Assembly: GCA_028534125.1 (NCBI GenBank)
Contig: CM052816.1
Coordinates: 25,732,001 to 25,796,000, forward strand
Source: Lama glama
Taxonomy: Eukaryota
DNA: 64,000 bases
Direction of reading: 5' to 3'
Below, piece by piece: positions 24,666 to 37,659 of the stretch. The position numbers were made by a program, and so were the translations under genes. Numbering within the stretch: the first letter of the stretch is position 1; every line of letters starts with the position of its first letter. The notes beneath the pieces are model-generated. The model ran no database searches, had not been told where the DNA came from, and saw nothing but the letters and a program-made list of their open reading frames with translations.

Positions 24666-25441
24666 GTGAGGGATGAAGAATAAAATGAAGAATGGAAACA
24701 GGGAAGAGAAGAATCAGCTGGTACAGGGGTGGCCATGGATGCCCCTTCCCCCTCCATAGAGCTACTTTGTTAATAAAAATAGCATTTCAAATTCATGCCC
24801 ATAAAGAGTGGGAGTCAAAAGAAGCTTTATTTCCAAAGCTCTGCTTTGTCGATTTCCCACCTCCACTGACAATCTAACATGGTCATAGTTTTCACAAATG
24901 TATTGGAGTGTATGTATTCTAATTCCATTATAATAAATGAAATTCACGCTGTTCTTGCAATTTTGTACTTTGAAGATTTTTCCCCCTTTCTCCCACACTT
25001 CCCTCCCTACATAAAAATTAAAAATAAAGGGAGTGATCAACTGAACATCTAAATGAAAGTCTTTTCCATTTGCATGTATTTTTAAAAACACAATACTGTA
25101 TTGTAACGGTACTGGACTAAAGAAGCTATAGTTACTGATAGTTCTGAAAGGAAAATTTGTGAAAATACCAATTCAAGTTTTTAACTCAGCAATGAAAATG
25201 AAATGCAAAAGAGAAATGAAACGTGGAATGTGGAGAACTCTGGCGGTTCTAGGAAGACTGTGAGAATCGCTACAGGAGGAGCATTCAGCAGGAGGAAAGC
25301 TGGCACAGGGTCAGGGCACACTAGACCTTCTATCTAGTGAAGCTTTGTAACCTCCCAGGATATTATTCTGGAGTCACTCTTGAAAGAAAATTTGAAGAAG
25401 CTCAGTAGCTGTCACACTCAAAGAGGTCAACTCAGAAGGGG

Positions 25442-25910
25442 TGTTACCAATCTCAGATTAGGCTGCTCACCACTCAAAAGCCAACGAGTCGAGAAGTGTC
25501 GGTAGAAAGGAAAGGTGCTTTAATCAGAAAAAGCCGGCAAGCTGGGGCGATGGTGAACATGTGTCCAGAGACTATCTCCGAAGATTTTGCTCAGCCATGA
25601 GTGTTCTAAAGGGAAAAGGGGAAGAGATCTGTTAATCATTGAGATAGGGAGTCAGAGTCGTCCCCACCCCCCACCATGTGCAGGCTTGTGGGAAGCAGTA
25701 TTATCTTGACTAAATTCTTTGGGAACTGTGGACTCCAGGAGAGGAAGGAAGGTCCATGGGCTTTCAAAGTGATAGAGTACAGCTGGGCCAGCAGACTCCC
25801 AGTTGGCAGGGAGATCACTGTGTTTGAACAAGGCCAGAAGGGTTCAACCAGCCAGCACCATGATGCTAATGAAAGAATGCTACTTGAACCTCTCTAAAGT
25901 CAAAGTTTCA
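25442..25910 (-). mobile_element. Solo ERV1-type LTR
   Basis: Starts TGTTACC...GCTGCTCACCACTCAAAAGCCAA...GGTAGAAAGGAAAGGTGCTTTAATCAGAAAAAGCCGGCAA...GATGGTG, the reverse-read U5/polyA end typical of laurasiatherian ERV1 LTRs. Right boundary uncertain. Confidence 0.65.
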
Positions 25911-28104
25911 TAAAAATTGTTCGGTCCTACCGAATAGTTTCTTTCTTTTCATTGTTTTAACCTAAGGGATGAAGAAAGTAAATCAGTGTCAGATTAAACC
26001 AAAAAAAAAAAAAAAGATTCTGGTAGCTCCACACAATATATTAAAAATGAAAATAATCGTTTGCTTGTGGGAAGAAGAGAAAGCTCATAAAACTTATAGA
26101 TGCTTCCTTCTAATCATACACATTGTTTAAAAGAAACTTTAGAGCTATTATTCCTTTCGATCTTCCCCCAAAGCTACAAGGTGTACAAAATCTACTGAAA
26201 TTGCACTGCTTTCTAGCTGTCATGTTTTAAATAGTAACATACACATACCTTCCAAGTTTTGAAAAGCCCATTCAATTTTTATATAAAAACAAGTTACCAG
26301 AAATGGGCAGAGTACACTACTAAATATAGCAATGTAATTACTGTCATATAAATGATCTTCTCTCTATAGTGTTAGAACAATGAAATAAAAGGTTTATCTT
26401 GACAAAGTTTGAGTAAGTAGAGGTGGAATTGATTCAGAATCTCCATAACTTCTCCATCCACCGGCATGGGAGGGGGCGGAAAAGAGCTCCTTTAATTTCA
26501 GTATCAGCACGTCCTTCCTGTTCATTTGCATTTGGGGAGTTTTTCCACAATGTATTCATTTGCTAGTGAGATAATGTGTCCCCGCCTGATCAGATAAGAG
26601 GCGGATAGAATTACTAAGATGAAAAGAGGCAGCACAAGGGCAAGAAAGCAAAGCAGCCCTTCCTTTTCTTACCTCATCTGGATGGATCTGAATTTCAACC
26701 ATCTCTTTTTTTTCTCATGGTGATAGTGGGGCCATTTTCCAAAACTGGGCTAGGACATTGCAAATTGTGTTCTACAGATTCTTTTCTCTGTAAAGTGCCA
26801 TTCAGAGAAGGAATGTGATGTCATCATGCTGTTCTCTTCTGGTATTTGTAGGGACTTGTCAGTTAATAAATTGAGGGCAATTTAAATCAACTGTCACTCA
26901 ATATGCATCAACTGTTTCCAGGTACTGCGAAAATAGCACGATGGAGGTCCGCTCCTTTAATATAATTCTAGAAATATATCTATCTAAAAACATTTCTAAT
27001 AGAAAGTTAGAAAGCTTGGATTCCCAGAAATGTTTAAATTACTGATTGGAGTAACAGGGTTACTAGTAGCTAAAACATAGATAGAATCTAGATAGAAATA
27101 CAGGTTAAATGGAAGGAGTAGAGGTGATGTCTTGTCCTGCACGGGTTTTAGGTAAATGTACGATTTATGTAGAGTGCTCAGTGGATTCCTTAGGACAAGT
27201 CCAAGTTGGGAAGCCACCACTGGGCATGGAGCAGCAAGTTTTGAGTTCAGGAGTCTGTGGCCTAAAAACCAAACAATTCCCTTGGCCCTCACTTTCCTTT
27301 CCTGCAAGCTTCCAGAGTCTCTCGAATATGAAAACTGTCCTTTTTGGAAAAATATGGGAGAGCAACAGCTTCTTGATCAGCATTTCATTGATACGGATAA
27401 CACAGAGACCAAGGTCAGACATTCTTACAGAATGAAAGGGGTGCAGGAGTACACGCTGAGAAAAGATGGTTTTGCTTTGACTTACCTAGGAGACGCTGTG
27501 AAGGTAGCTTGGAAGCGTGAAGCGCTCATTGGCTGACTTGACTGGGGAAGGCTTAGATTCCTCTCATCTCTTACCTGCTGCCCTTTGGGTTGAGTACTAC
27601 TCTGGGATAAAGGAGAGCTCTAGAGTGAGTAAAAGCATGCCAGATTTGAAGTTCCTCTGCTCTCCATCACCCAGAAACACCATAGCTCTGAGTTGGGTAC
27701 CAGTCCACTGTTGTTCCCCCTGCCCACCCACGGTGGTGAAGCCTTGTTTGGTATTGAAATCATGCTGAATAACGATGCCCTGCGTGGCCTTGTCACCCAC
27801 AGAGAGCAAAAGGAACTCTGAAATAGTCACAGTCTCATAAAGAAAGTAGTGTTTCTTTAGTAAAACACTAGTGTCCACCAAACAACTGTTACAATGGAGA
27901 TGTAGCTCCTATGACGGGAGAAATTTTTCCAGGGCTATTTGGCCAAAGATGATAGTATAATAGCAAGAATACTAAAAATGAGAATGCAATTATGAAGGAA
28001 TCCTTTGCAACCCTGCACCCCCATATTCTAACTGTATTCATTTCCCAAAACTATCAGACCATATTCTAAAGACTAACACATCAACCGAACAGCATTGTAC
28101 CACC

Positions 28105-28460
28105 TTTTTTCTTTTTTTTTAAATTTTTTAATTGAAGTATAGTCAGTTTACAATGTTGTATCAGTTTCTGGTGTATAGCATAATGTTTTACTCATACATA
28201 CACATGCCTAAATTCCTTTTCATATTCTTTTTTTATTATAGGTTATTACAAGATATTGAATATAGTTCCCTGTGCTATACAGTATAAACGTGTTGCTTAT
28301 CTATTTCATATACAGTACTTAGTATCTGCAAATCTCGAACTCCCAGTTTATCCCTCTACCCACCTCTTCTCCCCTGGTAACCATAAGTTTGTTTTCTGTA
28401 TCTGTGAGTCTGTTTCTGTTTTGTAAATAAGTTCGTTTGGCTTTTTTTTTTTTTTAGATG
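28105..28460 (-). mobile_element. Lineage-specific L1 3' end
   Basis: Poly(T) followed by ATTGAAGTATAGTCAGTTTACAATG...TGGTAACCATAAGTTTGTTTTCTGTATCTGTGAGTCTG. Confidence 0.88.
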
Positions 28461-28512
28461 GGGCTATGACGTCAGCATACCCAGTGCAATATTCAAGAAA
28501 AGGTAACTAGAC

Positions 28513-28665
28513 TTTTTTGTTGTTTTGCATTCTTTCTTATTGAAGTATAGTCTGTTTACATTGTTGTGTCAATTTCTGGTGTATAGCATAACAGTTCAGT
28601 CATACATATACATACATATATTCATTTTCATATTTTTTTCATTATAGTTTGCTACAAGATATTGC
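28513..28665 (-). mobile_element. Lineage-specific L1 3' end (second adjacent copy)
   Basis: TATTGAAGTATAGTCTGTTTACATTGTTGTGTCAATTTCTGGTG...CTACAAGATATTG. Confidence 0.85.
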
Positions 28666-29439
28666 CTGCCTTGAAGCTCGGGAACTAACATTTATTGATG
28701 GCTTTGCCGGTGCCTAGCACGAGGCTTCAGCACTTTCTCACATGCTAGGATGCTAGAGAGCAGGCTACTGTAAGACAGCTTTTATTCTCTCTGTATCTAC
28801 AGGACAAGGACACTGGCTATGATTTAAAAAAAATAGAGATCAGGTTAAAAAGATGGATACATCTGAGGGTGTGCATTGGGGACTGTGAAAGAAAAATGAC
28901 TAGGGATGAAAAAGGAATGCAAAGTAGGACTGCGGGCTGGACATGCATAGGTCAAGGTCTTAATTTTTTTAGACAAACTGAGTGCCCTGTGGACATAATC
29001 CAGGGTCTCTAGAAGTTAGAATGGAAGCACATTGCTCTCTTCATTCTAAAACGGTTATTTTCTCTAAGAGCGAGGCTGAAGAGAAGAACTGAGAAGATCA
29101 AAGTTGCTAGCATATTTCTGAGCCAGGGCTTGAAAGTATGGAGGATTCTTAAATCCATGCCCTTCCCAGGTCAATAGGTTCAACACAAGCCTGTGTTACA
29201 TTGGTTCAGAGTCCCTGCGGGATTCCCAAGAGTTTAATCCTACACATTAGCAACACTGGGAGTTAAGATTCTTGCCTGACTCCGTGAGCTCTTTTCCCAA
29301 GTGTTTTGTAAATCTCTGAGCAGTATGGTGGAAATGAATAAAAGGAATCTAGCTGCATTTCCTGAAAATGTTCCATATTCTAGCAAAAATAGTTATAATA
29401 AACTTTCCTGTAATTCCCAGTGAGCAAGTTGGCTTATTC

Positions 29440-29720
29440 AATTGAATAGACATTTACTGGGCACCCAGGTGTGAGGCATAGTGCCAGGCGCTGGGGTGGG
29501 GAGTGTACTGTGGTGATGACAGTGGTGATGGGCTGCTGATGGTGAGAAAATTACTTCCTGGGGGCTTACTGTGCACCGAACATTGTTCTAAACTCCCTAT
29601 GTGCGTCCGTCTGAGGAAGTGCTTATGACAGCCTTACTAGGTAGGTCTAACCCCCACAGTACAGAAGTGGAAACTGAGGCATGTTGGTGACTCTACTTCC
29701 CTGAGGCTCAAGGTGGTAAA
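29440..29720 (-). mobile_element. L2 3' end plus MIR fragment
   Basis: ATTCAATTGAATAGACATTTACTGGGCACC...GTGCCAGGCGCTGGG (L2), then CTTACTGTGCACC...GTTCTAA...CAGAAGTGGAAACTGAGGCA (MIR). Confidence 0.6.
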
Positions 29721-29777
29721 AGTCAAGTCTTGAGGAAAGGCTCCCTGTCATTGCTTTGTTTTTCCCACTCTCATTTT

Positions 29778-30070
29778 ATTTATTTTATTTGATTCTTTTT
29801 TAATTGAAGTATAGTCAGTTTGCAATGTTGTGTCAATTTCTGTTCTACAGCATAATGTTCCAGTCAAACAGATACATACATATATTTGTTTTCATACTCT
29901 TTCATTATACATTACTATAAGATATTGAATATAGTTCCCTGTGCTGTACAGTATAAACTTGTTGTTTATTTTTTATATAGTAGTTAGTATCTACAAATCT
30001 CAAACTCTCAATGTATCCCTTCCCACCCTGTCCGCCCACTGGTAACCATAAGTTTGTTTTCTATTTCTGT
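29778..30070 (-). mobile_element. Lineage-specific L1 3' end with target-site duplication
   Basis: L1 3' unit flanked by CCCACTCTCA(C)TTTT at about 29764 and 30071. Confidence 0.88.
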
Positions 30071-30089
30071 CCCACTCTCACTTTTTAAA

Positions 30090-30142
30090 AATTGTAAATT
30101 TTTATTGAAGTATAGTCAGTTTCCAATGCTATGTCAATTTCT
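30090..30142 (-). mobile_element. Ultra-short L1 3' end with target-site duplication
   Basis: TTTTATTGAAGTATAGTCAGTTTCCAATGCTATGTCAATTTCT flanked by CCACTCTCACTTTT on both sides. Confidence 0.8.
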
Positions 30143-31939
30143 CCACTCTCACTTTTAAAAGTATGAGCAGAGAAGTTGAACTCAGAAGGTACCAGGGAAA
30201 TAAAGTGGACTTTTACAGAAAGTCTAGATGTTGAGAAAATAAGCCAATTCTTTATTATCACATCATATCATATGAAATCATATCCTATTAGATTACCTTG
30301 ATAGTCATAAAGATATATTTAGAAGTTTTGCAAACAGCCATGAAAAAAATTCTCTTGGTTGTCCATTTGTATTGGTTAATGGATAGCTGCTGAAGCCAGC
30401 TGGAGGCAGCAATAGACACAAGACAAGCAGTCTTTTTTTTCCCTTAAACCTTAAAAACCTTAAAATGTCTGACAGAATGCTTCTAATGAGAAAATGGAAG
30501 TGAATGTGTAAAAATAAGCCTGTTTGAAAACATCCTAATGTGATTATTCATATTGTATTTGAGTCTCCTCTAGTTTAAAAACAAAAAAAAGGAAATTATG
30601 TCTACTGTGAAACCTCCAGAAATGTTGTTTGTTTATGTCCTAAGATAGTTTTAGGAGCATCTCTCTTATCAAAATTTTTAAGAATCATTTCCATCTTGGA
30701 ACCATTCCTTCATTAAAATGTCCATATATCATTCCATTTAATTTCCTTTAATCCCACCAGAAACACATCAGGTACCACTCACAGCCTCAGGAGTATATAC
30801 AAATTTGTTACACCATCTTTAGGGAAAAGCTTGTCGATTTTTAAAGTGTTTATGCTTACTTTATTAACATTATTTAAATAGTGACATAACCAGTGTTGAT
30901 TTGCTGCCACTACCTTGGAAATGTTTAAACATTATTACAACTTAGCTCCACATTCCAGTTTTATCTCTAAAATTAATGCTTTTAGGCTCAATTTATGCCT
31001 GTCAACAAGTAATGATCAGAGATGTGAGCTGGCTCATAATCCAGAGGTACTAGGTTACAATGTGTAACCATGGAAACTGTGTTTTATTGCATTTTCTCTT
31101 CTTGATTTAAGGCATTTGACAATCATAGCAACTGTTTGCCAGTCTTCCCACATCATAAAAAATTCAAAAACACAAACAACCAATAGAGAAAAAAAAAAAA
31201 GAAAAGAAAAAGAAGATGGGAGGAGTCTCTACTGTTCTTGGACCTCATTAGAAACATAAAAAAGAAATGACAGCCTAATATTTAACATGGACCTTTTGTG
31301 AATAGTTTATCTTTCAGAAAGTCCAGGAGTGTTGGAAAATTCAATCAGTGGTTAGTCATAGAATGGACCTGTCTGCCTGTGGTTCATTTTGTTTATTGCA
31401 TCATATATCTTTTATGATCACTGGGACTTTAGCCTGAAACAGCATTTTCTTTAACAAGAGCCATGTTTCCGTTAACGTTGTTTATTGCATCTGAAACATT
31501 ACTCTTTGAAATCACGGTACATTTTCTATCGAGCAAAGGTCTGCAACTGAATCGTGCATGAATGTGTTTATTCAGAATCTAGAGTTTAAAAAAAAAAAAA
31601 CTCATCCAGTTCATGTAACATTAATCACTTTGCCAGTGTTCAGCTGAGGTCATTGCCACATTCCTAGCAGTATTAAGGCAAGTCGAGATTAATGATTAAT
31701 CACGTACATTAAACCTTGGAAGGGGAGCACGTGAAAGGGATCTCACGTTAGACACTGTTTAAAAGACAGAGAAGAGACTGTGGTGAAATGGGCTAAGTCT
31801 GCTGCAGCTTGACTTTACAAAGTGCTTGTTTTTACTACATGGGGTCAGTACAACATCTGTGAATCTCAAGGCTTCCTTTTCCTATTTCTTCTAGTTTATA
31901 GGTCAGATTTAAGGTCTTTCTGACTGTTCAAAATGAAGA

Positions 31940-32960
31940 CTCATTCACTAAACTTTCTTTTTTTAGTACATGCTGATCATCAGGCACTGGCGAGGAACTA
32001 TCCATTCAAAGATGACCCAGACACAGCCCTCCCTTCCCTGCTCCCCCCAAGAACCACACGATCCACCCAGGAAGAGCGGTACCAGATGTGCACAATCTGA
32101 GCAGAGTTTTGTGGGAGTACAGAGGAAGGAATGATTAATTGTGAAGGGAAGTCAGGAAAGACTTTACTGAAGTTAACTTTACAGGGGGAAAGAGGTGAGC
32201 AAAGCCGGCCAGGCAGAGGGAATGACATAAAGACCCTGTGAGTATTCTCAGACTAATTAGTGATTTGATGAGATGAGAGCAAAGGCTTTTGTAGAAGAGC
32301 TGAAGGGACAGGCGGAAGATGAGATTGTAAAGTAAGGGGGAGACACATGGCCAAAGTTTCTGAATGTGAACTTTACTCTAAAAGCGATGAGAAGTCTTTG
32401 AAGAATTTTAAGCAGGAAAATTTGGAGCATCAGACTGTAGTAGAAATTGGATACAATTTCGGGTGAGGGCAGGTTGGATGGCAGATTAGTTGGTAAGAAA
32501 CTAGAATTACTGTCTTCAAAACGGAGGAGGACACAGTCAGCCGTTAAAGTGGTAGCAGCTTAAGTTTGGCCATAGAATGAAGAGAGACTTACATTATGGG
32601 ACCAGATATGACAGGAATGGTCAGCTGAGTTCTTGGAGGGAGTTAAGGATAGATGACAGAGGAAAAGGAATCTAAGATGGTGCCAAGGGATCTAGCTGGG
32701 GTGAAGAAGCAGATGGCAATGCCATTAACCGAGGCACCTGAGGTCGTGGGACCATTAAAATGATAACTTCTAGTAGGATGTTGGACAAACTACTATGTCA
32801 CTGATGAATGACATTGGTACTGGATACGCTGATTTGGGGGCCATTAACTTATACTTGGTTGTTTAGGTCATAAGGGAAGGTGAGAATGTCCAAGGCAAGA
32901 AGGTAGAAAAAGAAGAAAAGACAGTCCGAGGAAGAGTTTCTGGGAGAGAAAGTATTTCTC
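31940..32960 (-). mobile_element. L2 LINE remnant
   Basis: Purine-rich reverse L2 motifs: GGGAAGTCAGGAAAGACTTTACTGAAG, GAACTTTACTCTAAAAGCGATGAGAAG...GAATTTTAAGCAGG, GGAATCTAAGATGGTGCCAAGG. Confidence 0.7.
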
Positions 32961-34029
32961 ACTTGTGTGATAATTTTCAAATTTAGAAAAAAAAAAACAA
33001 GAGGCTTAAGGAATTTTTATGTTTTTCTCTATCTAAATAAAGAGTAAACCTGGCACACAGAATAACCATTTCTACAAGAGAAAATTTAAGAACAAATATT
33101 TGATTAAAAATATTTTACCACTGGTTGCATATAATGTATGATGCAACCCGTAATTAGGATGCTAGTGGGCTCACATGTAGAAAGAAATGTTTCATATAAG
33201 AGGTTAACACTATTTTGAAACATTACCGCTTTAAATGTTCTTAATATGCATATTTAAATATGTTCTTATATTGTATGTGACAGATTTACATACTTCCCAT
33301 GTTACCATCATGTACTTCCATTAAAGATTTATTTATTTTTAAAAATACATTTTATATTCCCATAAAAAGGAGAAATTAAATCGTAAAAATACACGCAAAG
33401 TTAATGTTTATAGTCTAACTACTACTCTCACAAAAAAAAACCATTGGAGTCGGTGGCTGTCTTTCCCGTTGAATAAGGAGAGAAGGCCCAGGTAGGAGCT
33501 TAATTTTTGCTCATGGAGTTTTGTATTTCAAAGACTAAATTTTCCTAACTACATAGATAAAACAAATGTGAGATGCAAAAATGTCACCTTCTAACAGAGA
33601 AGGAGGTTGAAATTGTATTCATCTAGGCTTGGCCTCACCTTCATCAATATGGAAAATTTAAGAGTTGATTCCCATCCAGTAACAAGAAGTTACTGGAAAA
33701 ATCAGTAGTATGTGTAGAACTCAGAAACATCATTTTGGGGGAGGTTTATGCCTTCCAGCTAGTTTTCTGTTCATTCATATAATCATTGATTCACTCAGTA
33801 AGAACTTACTGAGCAGACATCATGTCCCAGGCGCTACCAGTAGCTCTAAGATGGCAACATGTCCTTCCATTCTAGGAATTTATACTCTTGGCCAAAAGAT
33901 GAGGTGAATTCTCAGGTTGCTGTTGTGATTGGCTGTGCAGGCTGGGCCCTGTACTGCTCTAGAGGGAGTCATCACAGATAGGCTATAAAATAGCCCTGGT
34001 GCCACCCCAACCCCAGCTTATGCTGGTGG

Positions 34030-34470
34030 ACATCTGCATCTCCTTGGTCACAGTGATTAGCTCAGAGATAGGCATGCGACCCAGTCAGAGCCAATGAGAT
34101 ATGAAGAGATGTTCCTGTAGGAACTTCTAAGAAAAAGAAGTTCCACCTCTCTTTCTGACAGCTACCAAAGGGAGCCCGTTTTCTGCTGGATGATGAGGTG
34201 TGAGGATATGAGATCAGAATTTGCTTCATGTGTTTTGCTCCTGGGAGCTGTGAGCCTGGAGTTACTGAGTTCTGTCATGGGGGTCCTGAAGAAGGCCCCA
34301 GGATGGTGGGCAGAATAGGGGGAGGGAGCACCCAGGTCCTTAGTGACATCGTGGGAGCAGTAGATCAAGCCTCTTACAAACCCACAACAAAGTCAGTTGC
34401 ATAAGCCCCTACGTTCCTTTTTTCTGCTTAAGCCAGATTGAATGAGATTTCATGTCACAGTTACAAGAAT
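34030..34470 (+). mobile_element. Old MLT1 (J/K-like) LTR
   Basis: CCTTGGTCACAGTGATTAGCTCAGAGATAGGCATGCGACCCAGTCAGAGCCAATGAGA...GCTTAAGCCAGATTGAATGAGATTTC. Confidence 0.7.
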
Positions 34471-34854
34471 CTTGGCATAGTCCCCAGTACTGATACCTCT
34501 TGTATAATATATAACTTCTGTGCCTTCAGATTATCTGCTGGTCATGTTCTTCCCCACGTGTATTCTTCTACCTTAGGGTAAGGTGGATCCCAGTGGAGTC
34601 AGTGGGAGGATGGATAAGTTCAACCTCTTTGAGAGCTTGACCTCTAAGCTCAGAGCCAACTGCTTTCCAGTCTGTCAGTTCTCATTCAACCTGATACGGA
34701 GATGATGACAAAGAAAGTGAATATTTTTTAAAGTATTCAACACTTGCCCCCCAAACTGACTTGACACTATCCTCCTTGATTTGGAGGCTTTTTGTAGGAA
34801 AGTGCTTAGCATTTATGCAATGCTTTACAAAGATTTTGCTTAAAAATGTTTGCA

Positions 34855-35175
34855 TGTTTTTATTGTGGTAACAATATATAGAACATAAATTTACCATTTT
34901 AACTGCATCATTCAGTGGCATTAAGTTTACAGTGTTATGCAACCACCAGCACTATCCGTTTCCAGAACCTTTTCATCATCCCAGAAAGAAACTCTGTCCC
35001 CATTAAACGATAACTCACCCTCCTACCTGCAGCCCTGGTAACTTCTGTGCTACTTCCTGTCTATGAATTTGCCTGTTCCCAGTACCTCCCAGAAGTGGAA
35101 TCACACAGTATTTGTACTTTTGTCTCTGATTTCACTTAGCATAGTATTTTTAAGGTTCATCCACGTTGTAGCATA
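34855..35175 (-). mobile_element. L1MB-like 3' end
   Basis: TTATTGTGGTAA...ACATAAATTTACCATTTTAAC...GTGGCATTAAG...CCAGAACCTTTTCATCATCCCAGAAAGAAACTCTG...GGTTCATCCACGTTGTAGC. Confidence 0.8.
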
Positions 35176-36564
35176 AAGATTTGCTTTCAGGTGTATTCCT
35201 CTCCCTGTCCCCCTAAAAGTGTTTTAATTTCTGCTCTTCAAAAAATAATATATACATATTGGGTTAACTTTTAAAAATTAGAACATACTCAGGAACTGAC
35301 ACATACATTAGGCCCACAAGGGACCAGTCAGTGTTAAGCGCTTAACAGATACGACATTGTCTAGTGCTCTCAGGCCTAACTGTTGTGTTACTTTCAAAGA
35401 CCCAGCATCACAGGGGCACGTGATACGGTACCCAGGATACGATCCCATTTCTCCTCACTGTGATATTCCATAGACTTCACATCACAGAATGGCCTAACCA
35501 TAAGCCTATTTCTAGTTTTTGAATAGCTTTAAAATTTCCAGGATAAAAGATTTATATTTCTAGTTAGGTTTTATTTGTACTAGTACATACACACTAGTTC
35601 ACACTAGCGGGGTTTGCTTAAATCTTTGGCATGAGGCCACCCTCCAGACACCTACTGAGTGATTGATGGTCTCAACTGAGGACTCAGGCTTTCTGTGTCC
35701 AAGCCAGAGTGCACTCCACACCCAGAACACACACACACACCTTCCACTTGTCTGCACACCTACTGTGCCCTCCACACGCTAACCCCTCCGTACACTTGCA
35801 CTGAACACATGGTATCCTTGGCTTCTCAGAGAGTCAGACAGGAGTGCTGGTGACTTCCAACAACCTGTAGGACCAGCAGAAATTTTAGGACCATGATGGA
35901 GTTAGCGTCTGCCTCGTCTGCCTTCTACAGTCCCTTCAAGTTCCCTCTTCTGATTTTAATCCCTGTCAAAAGTAAATGCACAATTACATGTGATTTTTCC
36001 AGATATGCTTTTCATTATTACAGAACTCACCATTCTTCCTGCCCCCTGTGCTACTATTCTAGCTACCCCAGAGGAATCCTGCCCAGCAGCCTGAGAGCTG
36101 AAGGACGAGGGCCACTCTTCAGATCAAGTCTTATGTGATTGTCTGGAGATGTCTAAAAAAGGATGGAAAGGCTTCTGAAAAAGGTACTTCGTCTTCTAGA
36201 GGTTGAAAAAAGTGGGTCAGAGGGCTTTTTTTTTTTTCCCAAAATCTAGGGCAAACCTATTTTTTGGTTAAGGACTTTATAAGACATTGCTCAATTTATT
36301 TAATGAGCAAACCGCATTGCCACATACCCAGTTCCTTTGAGAGAACCGTTCCCCTAAGTTTGGATCTTCGCTAAATGTGCAATCATGCATTCTTCACTCA
36401 CATATACTTTAACCTTGCTGATGGCTCTCTCAGGACACTGCAGGGAAATTAGCGTGTGTACTGGCAAGCGAAGACATAGTGCAGTTAGCAAACCTGGACT
36501 GGAATCCCAGCTCCAACACTTTACTTCCCGTGAGGTTATAAGCAATTCTCGGAGCCTCCCTCTA

Positions 36565-37070
36565 GCAATCATTTATTTATTGCTGCGTTAACAAAACAGT
36601 CCAAAATTTAGCAGGCTAGAGACTAACTTTTGTTGTTGTTGTTGTTTATTGTATTCGTCAGCAATTTGGACTGGGCTCCCCTGGGCAGTTCTGGCCTCTC
36701 CCGGGATCAGCCATGCAGATAAAAGTCAGCTAGTGGCTCGAATGGGGCTGCCTGGTAAAAGATGGTCTCACTTACATATTTGTCCGGGGCATGTCCATGT
36801 TCCGCCCATCACCTTTTTGGTAGACTAGCTTGGCTTGTTCATGCAGTGGTCTCAGGGTTGCAGCCACAGCCCAAAGAAATCCACGTGCAGTCACTTTCAA
36901 ACCTCTGCTCCCGTTCGTCATGTCCCGTTGGCCAAAGAAAGTCTCACGGCCAAGCCCAGATTCAAAGAGTGGACAAAGAAACTCTACCTTTTGTTGGGAG
37001 AAAAGGCAAAGTCACATCGCAGAAAATCCTGAGTATGGAAATGGAATTACTGCAGTCATCTTGCAAACAA
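36565..37070 (-). mobile_element. MLT1-type LTR inserted in a MIR
   Basis: TATTGCTGCGTTAACAAA...CCAAAATTTAG...TTGGCCAAAGAAAGTCTCACGGCCAAGCCCAGATTCAA...GCAAAGTCACATCGCA. MIR halves lie at about 36480-36560 and 37075-37130. Confidence 0.7.
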
Positions 37071-37659
37071 ACTCCCTTCTTTCTTTACAAAATGGAGACA
37101 ATCACATATGAAATATAACATTACTGTGAAAACAGATTTACTCCCTCCTCTTTGTTAGGTAGGTCACTAGGGCATAGAAATGGGAAGAGTGTGGGCTAAG
37201 GTAAATTCAGATCTCATTATCGAGGGTTCGGAATGCTCGATTGAGTTGGGGATGGTATTTATCTCAGCCGTCAGTGAAGACTTACTGACACATCATGCAC
37301 AAGTCAAATGACATGATGTGAATTTGTTCAAGCAACTGATCACTGTATAAAATGATCTGCTTCACTTGCTTGTTTTGTTGTTTATGATTGTTTTCATCTA
37401 CCCAGGAGATTATAAGTACCATGAGACAGAATAAGGACTTTGTCTAGTTTTATTGTCTGTCCTCAGCATGAAGAGCTTCGTCTGACTTAAGACATGCTTG
37501 CTGCATGATTGACTGTGGTCCAAGTCACTTCAAAATTCCTCCTGTAACGTGACTTCCAGACTTTGCACTGTGCTCACCCAAATCAAGATGCGTGATCTCC
37601 TCTAGTTCTCAGTGTCCTCTGGCACTGTACACAGTCCCCCTGGTATATTCAATGAGAGA

